In this document: positions 12,502 to 23,994 of the stretch, in pieces
How the letters are laid out: the number at the start of each line of letters is the position of its first letter
Position numbering within the stretch: the stretch's first letter is position 1
NCBI GenBank assembly: GCA_022605425.2
Contig: CM061256.1
Span: 558,001 to 622,000 of the forward strand
Direction: 5' to 3'
From: Hamiltosporidium tvaerminnensis FI-OER-3-3
Lineage: Eukaryota; Fungi; Microsporidia
DNA: 64,000 nt
Notes under the pieces: generated by a model
What the model saw: the letters and a program-made list of their open reading frames with translations, nothing else
Told to the model about the DNA's origin: nothing
The model's database searches: none
Program-made: the position numbers and the translations under genes

Positions 12502-15500
12502 TTATAAGAAACCATACCCCCTATATTCAATAGCAAACGTCAATTTCTCTATAAATGTATTCTCATCTTCGTAGAGAGGCAGGATTAATAAATTAATACA
12601 TGTTTGTGAAGTCGGCAACAAATTTGTCCCCTCAACAGAGGCAATTTTAAAACAATTTTCTCTAAATTTATCCGAACCAAACCCACCTATCGGTAACCTT
12701 TCTAAGCCTGTTATGAAATATATCAATTTTTTTCTTGTAACGGTATCTGTTTTTTCCACAAAATTCCAAAACCATTTTATAACTTGATGGTTGACATCGA
12801 AACCATCAATGTATTTGGTGTACGATTTCCATTCATCTACATCAACAACTTCATTTCCTTCTAATATGTTCCTAAAGTCTAGAGGAGTAAAAAGTTCTTT
12901 AAAATCATTTTCAAATACTAATTTGAACCCCTCCTCTAATTTATCTAAATATGGTTTCATATTCTTATAAATTTTAAATTCTGTCATTTTTTGAATATAG
13001 GACTCTAGATTATTTTTTGTAACTTGCATAGAAGAACCATTTTCGACAAGATCAAATGCCTTATTCGTTCCTTTGACCGATGCAGTAGCAGTAAAATCCA
13101 GATCCTGGGAATCTAAATCTTCATGAGTTCGGTAAGAGATAAGATTCTTGTAAAAAGTAGGATCTACAATCTTTAAATCTTCTAAACCTAAGGTTTTTTC
13201 TATTAAATATAGATATACATAATCGTTAAATCCAATTCCCATAGGAGAATTATAAATTATACTCTTTGCCATTATTGCGCCCGTGTAATAATATTTTTCT
13301 AGAATCTCCTTATATTCCGTTTCGAAAGAAACAATAATAGTTGTAGAATAAAGTGTTCTAAATGGTTCAAAACAATCCTCATCAATAAGTGCTTTCCCAT
13401 ATGAACCAAAGAAATCATATAAAAGACCTATACCACGACCCTCTTCATCTTTGAATTTTACTTTCCAATAATTCTGTAAGAAATCACCTTTATTTGGTTT
13501 TACAAAACAATCGATCGTAGATTTAATTACATTTTTTCGATCTATATCTAGTACAAATTTCAGATCATCTTCCCAAAACATTTCAGTAATATTTGTCAAT
13601 GATTGTGCTTTTATATTTGTAGATAAGCATTTTAGTTTCAAAAATATTCCCTTATCATTTACTGAAAGTTTATGAATTTTATTAAAAAAATCAACAACGT
13701 GTCCCAACTTATAATTATGAATATCGATAGATTCTTCATTTATATGTCTTTTGGAATAATCGATATCGTATAAAAAACAAATAAAATCTTCCCGCATATA
13801 ATTTTGCTCAAATTCTTTAAAATCTATATCATTGTATATTTTTTCCTTGATTAAAGAGTAAATTTGACAACATTTTACAATCATTTTAATGTAATTTTCA
13901 AAAACCTTAAAATAAAATTTGTTTTCTGTTTCCAAAAAGTCTTTAAATATATATTTCATTGGATTTTTCTTGATTATAGAAAAAAATTCTAGCATACATT
14001 TTACATTTTCAGGAGGATTATAAAAATTTGTTTCATCTAATGAGTTTAAAAAGGTATCAAGCTCTCTGTAAAAACAGTTGATTATGGTAAGTTTTTCACT
14101 TTCCTCAAAATAAGTTTTTACTAAAAATATTTTCATTTTTTCAATATAAACAGTAAATATACTCAAAAGAGGACCTAAGATACAACCTCGAGTATTTTTA
14201 TGTCGGTTTATAAAACTTGAAACACTATAAGCATTATTCATTTCGGATGAGTCTAAACTTCTAATTGGATTATTCTGATTGCTTTGCAATGAATTAAAAA
14301 TACTATTCAAGAAACAGTGCTGTGTTTTTTCCACAAAAATTGCTTCAAAAAACAACAAATCAATAAACAAATCGTCGAGCATATAAGTTTTCTTGTCAAT
14401 TAAAAAAATTATAATTTTCTTCAAATATTCAAGTTTCTCAAAATAACTTGATCTTATTTTTTCGAATCCATAGGTGAGTATTTCTAAATCAAAAATTATG
14501 CAAAAAATTTCCGAAGACATTTCTTTAAGACAAAGAAATGAAATTAACTTTTTAATTTGTTCAATTGTTTCAAAAAAATATTCTTCATCAGGTAAAATAC
14601 ACAAATAAACCAAGGCTTTGTATATAAATATGGGATCGACAGAATAGTTAACAGGAATATCGGATAATTTTTTCGATGTGTATTCTTCATATGATTCCCC
14701 AGTACTCAAAATTTCTTTATATTTCCTAATCAAAAAGTTATCAGATAAGAAAATATCTTCATAGAAAGTAGTAACAATGGTATCTAAAGTTACACTGCTC
14801 TCAACTTTATAAAAATCTTTCAGTAATACTCGAATTAAAGTTTCTTTACAATAAATCTTGGATGCTTTTTTAAAAACATAATATTTTTGACCGAAATGAT
14901 CCAAGATCTTAAATGAAAAATGGTTTTTGATCATTTTAATATCATATATGTAATCTGAATTAAAATTTGTCACTATACAAGATATTTCTGGATTTGAAAA
15001 ACCTATTTCTTTAGAATTAGTAAGACCTTCAATCCCATTGTGGTATTTGATCATGTAGGCATAATCAAACTTTTTGAAACATGAAAAATGGTTTATATCG
15101 TGTTCATATAATTCTTCAACATGCTTTTTATTTAACTCATGTATTTCGAAAATTTCTAAAAATTTGCACTTGATAAGAGGTGACGGAATCATGAAGGAAT
15201 CAGAACCGAGAATATAAAACCTAAATATGCTATTCGTTAAATTTTTTTCACCAATTCTAATTGTAGCTCCGGTTTTTATATATCCTAAAAAATTATTTAT
15301 CAGATTTATAACTCTATTCTTAAAATATGCAAAATCTTCATTGCTAGTAAGCGAAAATTCTTTACATTTTAATAATAAAATATTTAAAATATCGTTTGAT
15401 AAAAATGATTTAAATATTTCATGTTTCTTTTTTTCCAAATTAATTTTGCAGTTCTTATCATAAAAATCAGGAGTACTCTTATTAATATACTGAATATATT

Positions 15501-18500
15501 TACAACAACAAATCTCAGAAGATAATATTTTGTAAATCAATGAAATATAATTCTTAAAACTGCTATCGAATTTTTCTTTCACTATCGAACATATTCTTTT
15601 AATCAATTCTTGAGTTAAGCACAAACTACCCCTGTATAATGTAACTGTAATAAAATATCCAAATCTAAAATTTAAATCCCATTCTTTACAATTTGAACCG
15701 GTAAAAACATCACTTAAAGTATGCATGAAATCCGAGTCTTCGATAAAACTATTAATGATATCATTTTTGATGATGTGTAAGATATATGGAAATGTCGCAA
15801 CAAGCTCTGTTAAAAATTGTAATGCAATCGCTCTCAGGGAATAAGCCTCTTGTTTTCGTTTAATGATCTCAATAATATCATTCACTATTTCTGCATTAAA
15901 CCGTACATCTTCATCATTAATAAGATTCGAATATGTATTATCATCAATTTGTGTTTCAGCTGTATAAATGAACTTTTGATTAAAATACTCAGAAATATTT
16001 CCTGGTAATCCATCATAATGCTCGAAAACATAAACCAAGGAACTCATTAAATAAAATCTATCTTCAAATAAATATCTTATATATGCATATGCATATTCCA
16101 TAATAACGTTTTTATTTTCTGTATGATCGGAATATTTTAGTGCTATAAATTTTAAAACATCTAAAATTTTGAATTTAGAATAAATTTCTTTTTTCGAAAT
16201 AATATTTGAATAATTAGATAGTCTTACCAATGAAATTTGATATAAAAGGACTTCTGATGCTCTCAAATTAAGATAAGAATTAGAAATAAACAAATTTTCT
16301 TTAACATAATCTACTGATCTGCGGTAAGCTATATTTGCTTCAATGTTTACACGCAAAATTTTTAAGTAATTATTCAATTTACTAACGTCTTCAATAAAAT
16401 ATGCTTCTGGAGATCCAATTTTTCTAATTTGTTTTCTAACAAATAAAAATATCGGATAATCACGTTTCTGAACTTCTATAAAAAAATCAACATATATCAT
16501 TTCCGAAAAAAGATACTCCAGAAAAGAATATACCAGTGAATTTTCTTTATCATTTAAAAAAATATCTATAAAAGGAATTTTAGAATTTTCATCAAATTTT
16601 TTAATCAAATTTAAAACATTTGAAAAAAGTGTTGATTTTGATATAATATTTTCAACATTGGGCAAAGAAGCGTTTATATCTTTTAAAAACTTCAAAATAT
16701 CTTCATATGCGAAAATCTCAATATTTTTGCCTAAAAACGCGAATACCATTTCCAAATATTTATCGATTAAACAGTTATTATATGAATTTATTCCCTTTAG
16801 TAGAATTAATAAAGTCATCAAAATATTACCTTTAACTTCTTCGATATTTAATTTAAGACTAGAATAATAGCCTACTAAATGATTTGTAACTAGCTGCAAA
16901 ATATCAATCAATTCTTGACCTGTGTAAAACTCAAATATTTTTGTCTTAGCGTTTATAGACCCTGAATATAACCAAATAAAATTCGGATCACAAATAGTCG
17001 TATAATCTGGAATTTTTCGCAAAAAATATCCAAAATTTAAAGATTCTTTAGACTTACTAGGGTTATTTAAAGTAGGAAGGTTAAAAAGGGCGAAAGTAAT
17101 TTTCAATATAGATAAATAATTCGCGTCCAACAAACGAAATATAATAAAATTTTCTGAATTCAATACTGATTCATATTTATAGCACAAGTATTTTTTACTT
17201 AACTTCGACATATTCTTAGTATTTAAATGTGGTATTAAAGGAGTTGTAAACAATTTTGTGTATATCAATGCAACATTATCAATTATTTTTTTAATAAATT
17301 CGTATTCCTGAGAATTATCTTCTGACTTGAGAACAGACTTTAAAATTTCCTGAGAAGCTTCCAAATAAAAATTTACTTTAATAAGTAGTTTCAAGAATGT
17401 TGGTGTAAGTTCACAAATATTTATCACACTAGTGGAACACATTATTTCAATTTCATTACTAAATGAAGCAAATATTTTCACACGACAAGCAATTTCTGAA
17501 AGATTATTTACGGTCTTATTGAGAATTAAACGCTTTAAATCATAATAGATATCAATACTTGTTAATAAATAATGATTATCTTCAATCTTAATTTCGGTAC
17601 TATTATTTATTCCTGATATCTTATCTAGCCCTTTATTTACTTGGTTAAGAATAACCTTAACTAAACTAAGTATATGAATAAAATGAAACGTGTGAAAAGA
17701 CCAAAATTCAATTGTACATAATTCATCCGTATCTTTCAAATAAGAGAGCAAAGATGTGTTAAAATTATTCAAAGCAAAAAACTTCTTGAGGTTATCGAAA
17801 CAAAGCATATCAAATTTTGTGATATGGTCTTTAGAATTGATCATTTGCATAACTGAACCAACATTTAAGGAATAACTTTCAGACAAACATGCTTCAATAT
17901 GTTTGTGTAAATCTTTTTCTATAGATAGAAAATGGTGCAAGAAAAGGGAAATCTCCGGGTTTTTGCTGCATATCAATACAAATTTTTCGAGGAATAATGG
18001 ATAATCAAGTTTAATATTCTTTCCCGACCCGAGACTTATCAATGACATAATATTAAAAGCTGATTCTACTGTAATACCCTTTCTTTCTTCAAAATAATAT
18101 TTAGATATGTTATGATATATTTTAGATCGATAATCAGACAAATGTGCATTGTTATCATATAAAAAAACTTCTAAAATTTTTGTAATTATGTGATCGATAA
18201 CGAGGAAATCTAATGTAATAATATTCTTTGTAAACTCATACAAATATTTATAAGCGGAAACTGCAAAATCATTCTGTTCATCTAATCGCATATCCTTGAA
18301 TGTGTAAATCATTGTTTTTGCAAGAACATCAACCATTAAGATTATAAATTTTTTGTAATCTTCATAATTTTCAAAATTTTCATAAGAAATACTTTTAAAA
18401 CAATTATCGATAGCGGTAAAGTTTGAATTTAAAGAGCTGGTGTTGAAACTCTGTGTTATATTACTTTTTAACAAAGCATTCACGAAATCCTTGAAAAATG

Positions 18501-19647
18501 ATTGGTCGTAAAATATATTGCAAACATATGGATATATTTTATGAATAATTGAGATATCTAATTCCTGCAATATATTAGTAATTTCTTTCTTTTTACAAAG
18601 ATCTTTGTATAGATAATTGCAGAATATCCTAAGTTTATTCTTTATCCTCATGTTAGTTGGATATAATATAGCAAAATCAGTCGATCCAAGTCTATCATGT
18701 AAATCCTTGATAATTTCTTTAAAGGAAAAACATTCTTCGGGTTCACTATGATAACGAGCAAGTAGTAATATGCTATCGGCAAACATCGATAAACTATTGA
18801 CTAAATATTCATCCAAATCACTCAATGAGAACAACATATTCATGAAATATAGAAATACTTCGGTTTTATAGCAAAAATGTGTTTTTGCTAGAAGAAGATT
18901 AGCCATAATTTCGATCGCAAGTAACTTCTTAGCCTCAGAATTAATATAATATTCATGTTTAAGTATTTCAGAATAGATCAAATTAAATTCTAGGGAATAA
19001 TAATTAAATTTATCAATATCCAATATATTATTTATAAATTCATCTTTTATATAATCTCTTGACATATCTTTGAATTTCATAAGATTAGCTTCTTCATAAG
19101 AATATTCAAGATTTAATTTGTTACTGTCAAAATCGGGAAAAATTTCAAATTTCTTTTTTGCATAAAAATTCAAATCAAGTGATTTAAAATACGCCACGGT
19201 TCTGTCGTTATACAAATAACGCGTATCGTTATAAAATTCATTATGGAATAAAAAAGAGTGGTAAGATATATCTAAATCATACGAATACAAATAATTTGCA
19301 TGTGATGGATCAATTATATATAATTCGTGATTAAATGTATTTCTCATTATATAAATCAGATATTTAAATATAAGTATGATTTTGCTTTTTACATCAGCCT
19401 CAAATGGTTTTATTTGTAACATTTCATTGAAGTGAACCTTACTTGTTAAATTTAAAAACGTTTCATGTTTTGCCAAAAGATGATTCCATTGAAGTATACA
19501 CGTTTTTCCAATTTCTGAAAGCGAAAAAGGATCTTGGGTTTGTAAAAATACCTCCGTAATATCATACTTTGTAATCAATGTATTTACAATTTTTTTAACC
19601 CTTTGATTTCTTTCAATAAATGAAATAGATTTAGTAAGTCTTTCCAT
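12502..19647 (-). CDS. Large HECT-domain E3 ubiquitin ligase (Tom1/HUWE1-like), ~2381 aa
   Basis: C-terminal HECT domain: VKFKDEEGRGIGL, VDPTFYKNL, IKWFW, FITG, catalytic LPTSQTC and terminal GYGFL. The start is placed at the Met preceded by gaacctc (MERLTK); the ORF is open up to 19731. Confidence 0.92.
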   Translation of the reverse strand: MERLTKSISFIERNQRVKKIVNTLITKYDITEVFLQTQDPFSLSEIGKTCILQWNHLLAKHETFLNLTSKVHFNEMLQIKPFEADVKSKIILIFKYLIYIMRNTFNHELYIIDPSHANYLYSYDLDISYHSFLFHNEFYNDTRYLYNDRTVAYFKSLDLNFYAKKKFEIFPDFDSNKLNLEYSYEEANLMKFKDMSRDYIKDEFINNILDIDKFNYYSLEFNLIYSEILKHEYYINSEAKKLLAIEIMANLLLAKTHFCYKTEVFLYFMNMLFSLSDLDEYLVNSLSMFADSILLLARYHSEPEECFSFKEIIKDLHDRLGSTDFAILYPTNMRIKNKLRIFCNYLYKDLCKKKEITNILQELDISIIHKIYPYVCNIFYDQSFFKDFVNALLKSNITQSFNTSSLNSNFTAIDNCFKSISYENFENYEDYKKFIILMVDVLAKTMIYTFKDMRLDEQNDFAVSAYKYLYEFTKNIITLDFLVIDHIITKILEVFLYDNNAHLSDYRSKIYHNISKYYFEERKGITVESAFNIMSLISLGSGKNIKLDYPLFLEKFVLICSKNPEISLFLHHFLSIEKDLHKHIEACLSESYSLNVGSVMQMINSKDHITKFDMLCFDNLKKFFALNNFNTSLLSYLKDTDELCTIEFWSFHTFHFIHILSLVKVILNQVNKGLDKISGINNSTEIKIEDNHYLLTSIDIYYDLKRLILNKTVNNLSEIACRVKIFASFSNEIEIMCSTSVINICELTPTFLKLLIKVNFYLEASQEILKSVLKSEDNSQEYEFIKKIIDNVALIYTKLFTTPLIPHLNTKNMSKLSKKYLCYKYESVLNSENFIIFRLLDANYLSILKITFALFNLPTLNNPSKSKESLNFGYFLRKIPDYTTICDPNFIWLYSGSINAKTKIFEFYTGQELIDILQLVTNHLVGYYSSLKLNIEEVKGNILMTLLILLKGINSYNNCLIDKYLEMVFAFLGKNIEIFAYEDILKFLKDINASLPNVENIISKSTLFSNVLNLIKKFDENSKIPFIDIFLNDKENSLVYSFLEYLFSEMIYVDFFIEVQKRDYPIFLFVRKQIRKIGSPEAYFIEDVSKLNNYLKILRVNIEANIAYRRSVDYVKENLFISNSYLNLRASEVLLYQISLVRLSNYSNIISKKEIYSKFKILDVLKFIALKYSDHTENKNVIMEYAYAYIRYLFEDRFYLMSSLVYVFEHYDGLPGNISEYFNQKFIYTAETQIDDNTYSNLINDEDVRFNAEIVNDIIEIIKRKQEAYSLRAIALQFLTELVATFPYILHIIKNDIINSFIEDSDFMHTLSDVFTGSNCKEWDLNFRFGYFITVTLYRGSLCLTQELIKRICSIVKEKFDSSFKNYISLIYKILSSEICCCKYIQYINKSTPDFYDKNCKINLEKKKHEIFKSFLSNDILNILLLKCKEFSLTSNEDFAYFKNRVINLINNFLGYIKTGATIRIGEKNLTNSIFRFYILGSDSFMIPSPLIKCKFLEIFEIHELNKKHVEELYEHDINHFSCFKKFDYAYMIKYHNGIEGLTNSKEIGFSNPEISCIVTNFNSDYIYDIKMIKNHFSFKILDHFGQKYYVFKKASKIYCKETLIRVLLKDFYKVESSVTLDTIVTTFYEDIFLSDNFLIRKYKEILSTGESYEEYTSKKLSDIPVNYSVDPIFIYKALVYLCILPDEEYFFETIEQIKKLISFLCLKEMSSEIFCIIFDLEILTYGFEKIRSSYFEKLEYLKKIIIFLIDKKTYMLDDLFIDLLFFEAIFVEKTQHCFLNSIFNSLQSNQNNPIRSLDSSEMNNAYSVSSFINRHKNTRGCILGPLLSIFTVYIEKMKIFLVKTYFEESEKLTIINCFYRELDTFLNSLDETNFYNPPENVKCMLEFFSIIKKNPMKYIFKDFLETENKFYFKVFENYIKMIVKCCQIYSLIKEKIYNDIDFKEFEQNYMREDFICFLYDIDYSKRHINEESIDIHNYKLGHVVDFFNKIHKLSVNDKGIFLKLKCLSTNIKAQSLTNITEMFWEDDLKFVLDIDRKNVIKSTIDCFVKPNKGDFLQNYWKVKFKDEEGRGIGLLYDFFGSYGKALIDEDCFEPFRTLYSTTIIVSFETEYKEILEKYYYTGAIMAKSIIYNSPMGIGFNDYVYLYLIEKTLGLEDLKIVDPTFYKNLISYRTHEDLDSQDLDFTATASVKGTNKAFDLVENGSSMQVTKNNLESYIQKMTEFKIYKNMKPYLDKLEEGFKLVFENDFKELFTPLDFRNILEGNEVVDVDEWKSYTKYIDGFDVNHQVIKWFWNFVEKTDTVTRKKLIYFITGLERLPIGGFGSDKFRENCFKIASVEGTNLLPTSQTCINLLILPLYEDENTFIEKLTFAIEYRGYGFL

Positions 19648-21510
19648 GAGGTTCAAAAAATAATTTTTTTTTATAGTTCTATATTTAGAAATAATCACAT
19701 TTTTTAAAAAAAATCGTAATATATTTACCATTTTTAGAAACCAATTACCTTATAATGATTATTAATTTTTTAAAAAAAAAAAATTTTGATCAGAAAATGG
19801 ATTTTTTCGAACATAAAAATTATATTCAGTACAAATCTCTTATATGCCTATGATTCTTTTAAATCTTACCATTTAGAAAAATGAAATATTCTTTACCTAT
19901 TTTAACTTGTAAATTTTTTCTTTTTTATTCGTTTTTTTGAAAAAAAAATTTCACGCGATTTTATCATTTGACTTAAAAAAATAGAAAAATTAAATATATT
20001 AATGATTAATATAGGTTATTTTTTCAAAAAAACAATTTGTTTATATCTCTAATACGAAACTATTTATCAGTCTTAAACATACTTTATTTATAAAAATTAT
20101 CGTTACTTTATTTACAAATAGCATATTAAATAAAACACACTTAATTTTTTAGTATAATATGTTCATTGTGAATCGCAATGTAGTCTTCCAGGCTTATGAT
20201 ATGAGGTCTTTGGTTTTCATTTCATTCCATAATTGTTGGCATAACAGATGATCGAGTAAATAGTGGTTTCTTCTATATACCATACTTTTTTTACTAGTTA
20301 AACCAGCAAGATTTGTAAAAAAATTTGCTCATCTACAGTCTTACTCAAGCAATAAGGCATGCAATGAAAATAGATGCTCGAAACGTGACAAAAATGCGAG
20401 GAAAGTGCAAAGAAACAAGACAAGAAACATCATTATGAAATTGAGGTATAGAATAGCTTGAATTTTCATGAATTTAAAGCATTAGATGGCAATCGCAGTA
20501 ATTACGCGTTTAAAATCAAGTAGTGTTCTATTTTATTCCGTTGCGTTTTCCCAAAATAAAAAAGGTTGCAAAAAGATGCCTCTACTCGAACCTGTACCAA
20601 GTTTTTTCATTTAAACATCACCGTTCTAACAGCCCCTCATTTCCTATTGGCTCGTTTTTGGTAGAATTTTGAGTAGAAAATCATTTTGGTTTTTCTCGAA
20701 CCATTTTTACGATACACAAAAAAATACTCACATCCAAAGCCCAAGATTATAGAATAGATCAAATTTATACATCTAAATTTATTTATTTACTAAAAATATT
20801 TTCTAAGCCTTTATATTCCCTTTCTTAATTTTCTTAATTTTTTTAATTTTTCTATTAAAGCAATATAAATTAGAAGAAAATCAAAAAAAATTAAATTGAA
20901 AAAAAACATTTAAAATATTACTCTTAAAGATACAAGCGGCGTATTTTCAAAAATGAGGTTTTAATTATTTCTGTGATTATAATGATGAGATAATTTATCA
21001 TAAAGAGACTTCATAATGATATTTTAGCAAGTATTTTCTACTTTCTCGCACATTCTTTAAAAGATTAACACAGCAACTTCTAGCAACACTTTCCAACGCT
21101 TTTCCTCATAAAAATCAAGCATTTTGCTTTAATCGGCTTTGGATGGATATCAAAATCTCTCTTAGTAGTACCATATCACCAGGATTCAAATTAAAAAAAA
21201 CGAAGTTACATCCGCATCATTATTCTTACGAGCAACACATATGTCTCAATAGTTAAGTGAGACGTTGGGTGTATTTTAGATTTGTTAGATACATTTGATC
21301 ACTAACCACTTCATTTGTATAGAATGGTATTTCGATGGTTCATTTGTATTTTCAAGACATTCCATAAATTTAGAGATTAGAGAATATTCTTCACAAATTA
21401 CATCTTTTTCTCATTTATTATATTTTACATATGCGACATCTAAAAGCCTCTATTTGGGTCTTGTTCATTGTTCTGCACCAATTTTATTTCAAGCAACTAT
21501 GAGTTATATA

Positions 21511-23133
21511 TAGGGTTTTTCGATCAATATAATAATCCTTGCAATCAATATAATAATTTTTCGATCAATATAATAATCCTTGCAATCAATATAATAATTT
21601 TTCGATCAATATAATAATCCTTGCAATCAATATAATAATCCTTGCAATCAATATAATAATTATTTTTAAAAAAATAGAAATTTAAAAAATAATTCATTCA
21701 TTATAAAATAAACTCCCATGTCAAATTCTTTTTCAGGTAAAAATACCAACGAGAAAAAATATGATTTTCATGTAGGTGAAACACCAGAAGGTATAGAGTG
21801 CGAAAATGACAATGTTTTGAAGTGTCTTGTAGAAAAATCGGGAACAAATGATGAAAATCTCCCAGTCACCACCATTCCAACTCTGAGGAAACAAAAAGTT
21901 TCTATTAATGATCGGGAACGCATAATTGAAAAGACATTAGAAGGCTATTCTATGTCCGCAATTGCCTCGATGTATCGAATAAATTACCAGACGGTTAATA
22001 GTATCGTTAGACGATATTTAAAAACAGGCTTGGTATTTGTCGATAAAAGAGGTGGTGATAGGCGCTCAAAGTTAATCTTGGAAAAAAAGAGAGCTCACAA
22101 GCCTATGTTGATTTGGAATGTACAAAAACCCTGTATGAGTTGGCAGAATGGGTCAAATGTACATTTAATATTGATGTGTCAACTAGTACAATTGATCGCG
22201 CACTAAGGGAGTTCCATTACACTCTAAAGCGTGTAACATTAGTACATGAGCGTAGAAATATACTTTCGACAATTGAGCTAAGAACCAATTACGCAACTAG
22301 TTTTCGTGAGTTGGAGGTTGATAACGATGACAAAAACTTTGTCTTTTTAGATGAAGTTGGATTTGCAGTAGTCACACGCCCCAGTAGAGGTCGTAACATG
22401 AGAGGTGAATCTGCATACCTATCTGTAACAGCAGCTCGAAGTAGAAATATTTCAGTAGTCGCAACAATGAACAAATATGGTATGATATACCATAAGATTC
22501 ATGAGAGGGCCGTAAATGATGAGGATTTCAAATTATTTATTAAGGAGATTAATGAAAGTTGTCAAAGGCAAGTAATTTTGACTCCAATATTTGTAATGGA
22601 CAATGCGAGAATTCATCACTATCGTGGATTGAATGATGATGAGGAAATTGCTTCGTATCGAATAAAATATCTTCCAGCTTACTCTCCATTTCTTAATCCA
22701 ATTGAGAATGTATTCTCAGTCTAGAAAAATAAAGTAATTCGAGGTGGTGCTCGTACTGAGCCTCAGTTGAGAATATTAATTTATGAAAAATTTAATGAGA
22801 TCACGGGAGAACATTGTAGTTCTTTTTACCGTAAAATTTTAGGATATTTGCAAAAGTCTGAAGTAGGGCAAGTGACTCTTGAATAATAAATCTCAAGTAC
22901 TATCTATAATTTTATTTTTTAAATTTCTATTTTTTAAAAATAATTATTATATTGATTGCAAGATTTATTATATTGATTGCAAGGATTATTATATTGATCG
23001 AAAAATTATTATATTGATTGCAAGGATTATTATATTGATCGAAAAATTATTATATTGATTGCAAGGATTATTATATTGATCGAAAAATTATTATATTGAT
23101 TGCAAGGATTATTATATTGATCGAAAAACCCTA
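21511..23133 (+). mobile_element. Tc1/IS630-type (DD34E) DNA transposon with long minisatellite TIRs and TA target duplication
   Basis: TIRs tagggtttttcgatcaatataataat... span 21511-~21692 and ~22912-23133, flanked by TA on both sides, with an internal transposase. Confidence 0.95.
21718..22886 (+). pseudogene. DD34E transposase with one -1 frameshift and one premature TAG
   Basis: cccATG start. HTH region (IASMYRINYQTVNSIVRRY..TG), then LDEVGF, MDNARIH and YSPFLNPIE, with 34 residues between the second D and E. Frame change at the A-run 22082-22088; TAG at 22722 in place of the expected Trp; frame then open to TAA 22884. Confidence 0.92.
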
Positions 23134-23994
23134 TAAATAAATTAGACTTTTTCGATGAGATATTCTCAAATTTTTAGCAAGCCTACGCACTCTCTCTGAT
23201 TGTAGCTTTAATCTGTACTTGCTTTTTTGTGCATTTCTCTTCTGCTTATAAAAGAAATGTGTTTCGGCACATTTTTGTTTTATATTTTCGTTCAAAAACC
23301 CTGCTATATTATCTGTTTATGGGATGCTATACGCGCTACCAAGGAAACTGGAATTCTGGCCCGCTCGAAACACTAACGGCCGAGTATTTTTACAATGGAT
23401 TTGAAATAAAAACTTGGTGTGTAGATCCAGAAACTGTAAGATCTATTCAAAGCCGTTTTTAAGCCGAGTATTTTCGGATATCGATATGTTCTATCTTAAT
23501 TTTTTTCATAGATAATTTGCAATTATCGTTGAAATCTCAGCATGATGCTTATATGCGTACTGTTTGTGGTTTTGGCTCATTTTAAAGAATGGTTCTTTTC
23601 GTTTTCGCTTAGAGTAAACTGTTTTTTTCGAGTCCTTGGTAGATTGATTTTACGCAAACTTGACCAGAAAATGCATAAAGGCAAAAATATTGTTTTATAT
23701 CGCCATTACCATTCTCTATTGTTTTTTTTGACGTTGTCACACCTGTCGTATAAAAATTACCGCTTTCGATGTATATATAGTCACTCGGTTTAAAAACGTA
23801 TTTTCTATTGTATTCCATGTTGGAAAGTAAATCCTCAAAATCTTCAAGTTTATCGAGTCTTATACTTTCGTATTTATCATAATTTATTTAATTTTGATAA
23901 AACATTTTGTTCATTAGAAATAAGAATAGGTTATTCCTCCAAAATATAGAAATGAAAAAAGTTATTCGCAGCCTCATTTTAAGAATGTATAGCT

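Larger units (their letters stand above)
20950..23830 (-). mobile_element. Degenerate Ginger-like/retroviral-type integrase relic, split by the Tc1 insertion
   Basis: Minus-strand remnants IDIRKYSA..NGFE*ILQFLDLHTKF (~23410-23485), TDNIAGFLN (~23290-23320) and PGDMVLL..DFD (~21150-21190) parallel the integrase relic at 30200-31000. Boundaries are approximate. Confidence 0.55.

Noticed and set aside
19648-19731. N-terminal extension of the HECT ORF
   Set aside because: AT-rich, promoter-like sequence; the CC motif precedes the Met at 19647.
20150-20720. Tc1-like HTH relic on the minus strand (GAVRTVMFK*K..GT)
   Set aside because: Single short motif; no TIRs or catalytic motifs found.
21511-21660. 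CRISPR-like direct repeats
   Set aside because: No unique spacers; they are the mirrored TIR of a Tc1 element.
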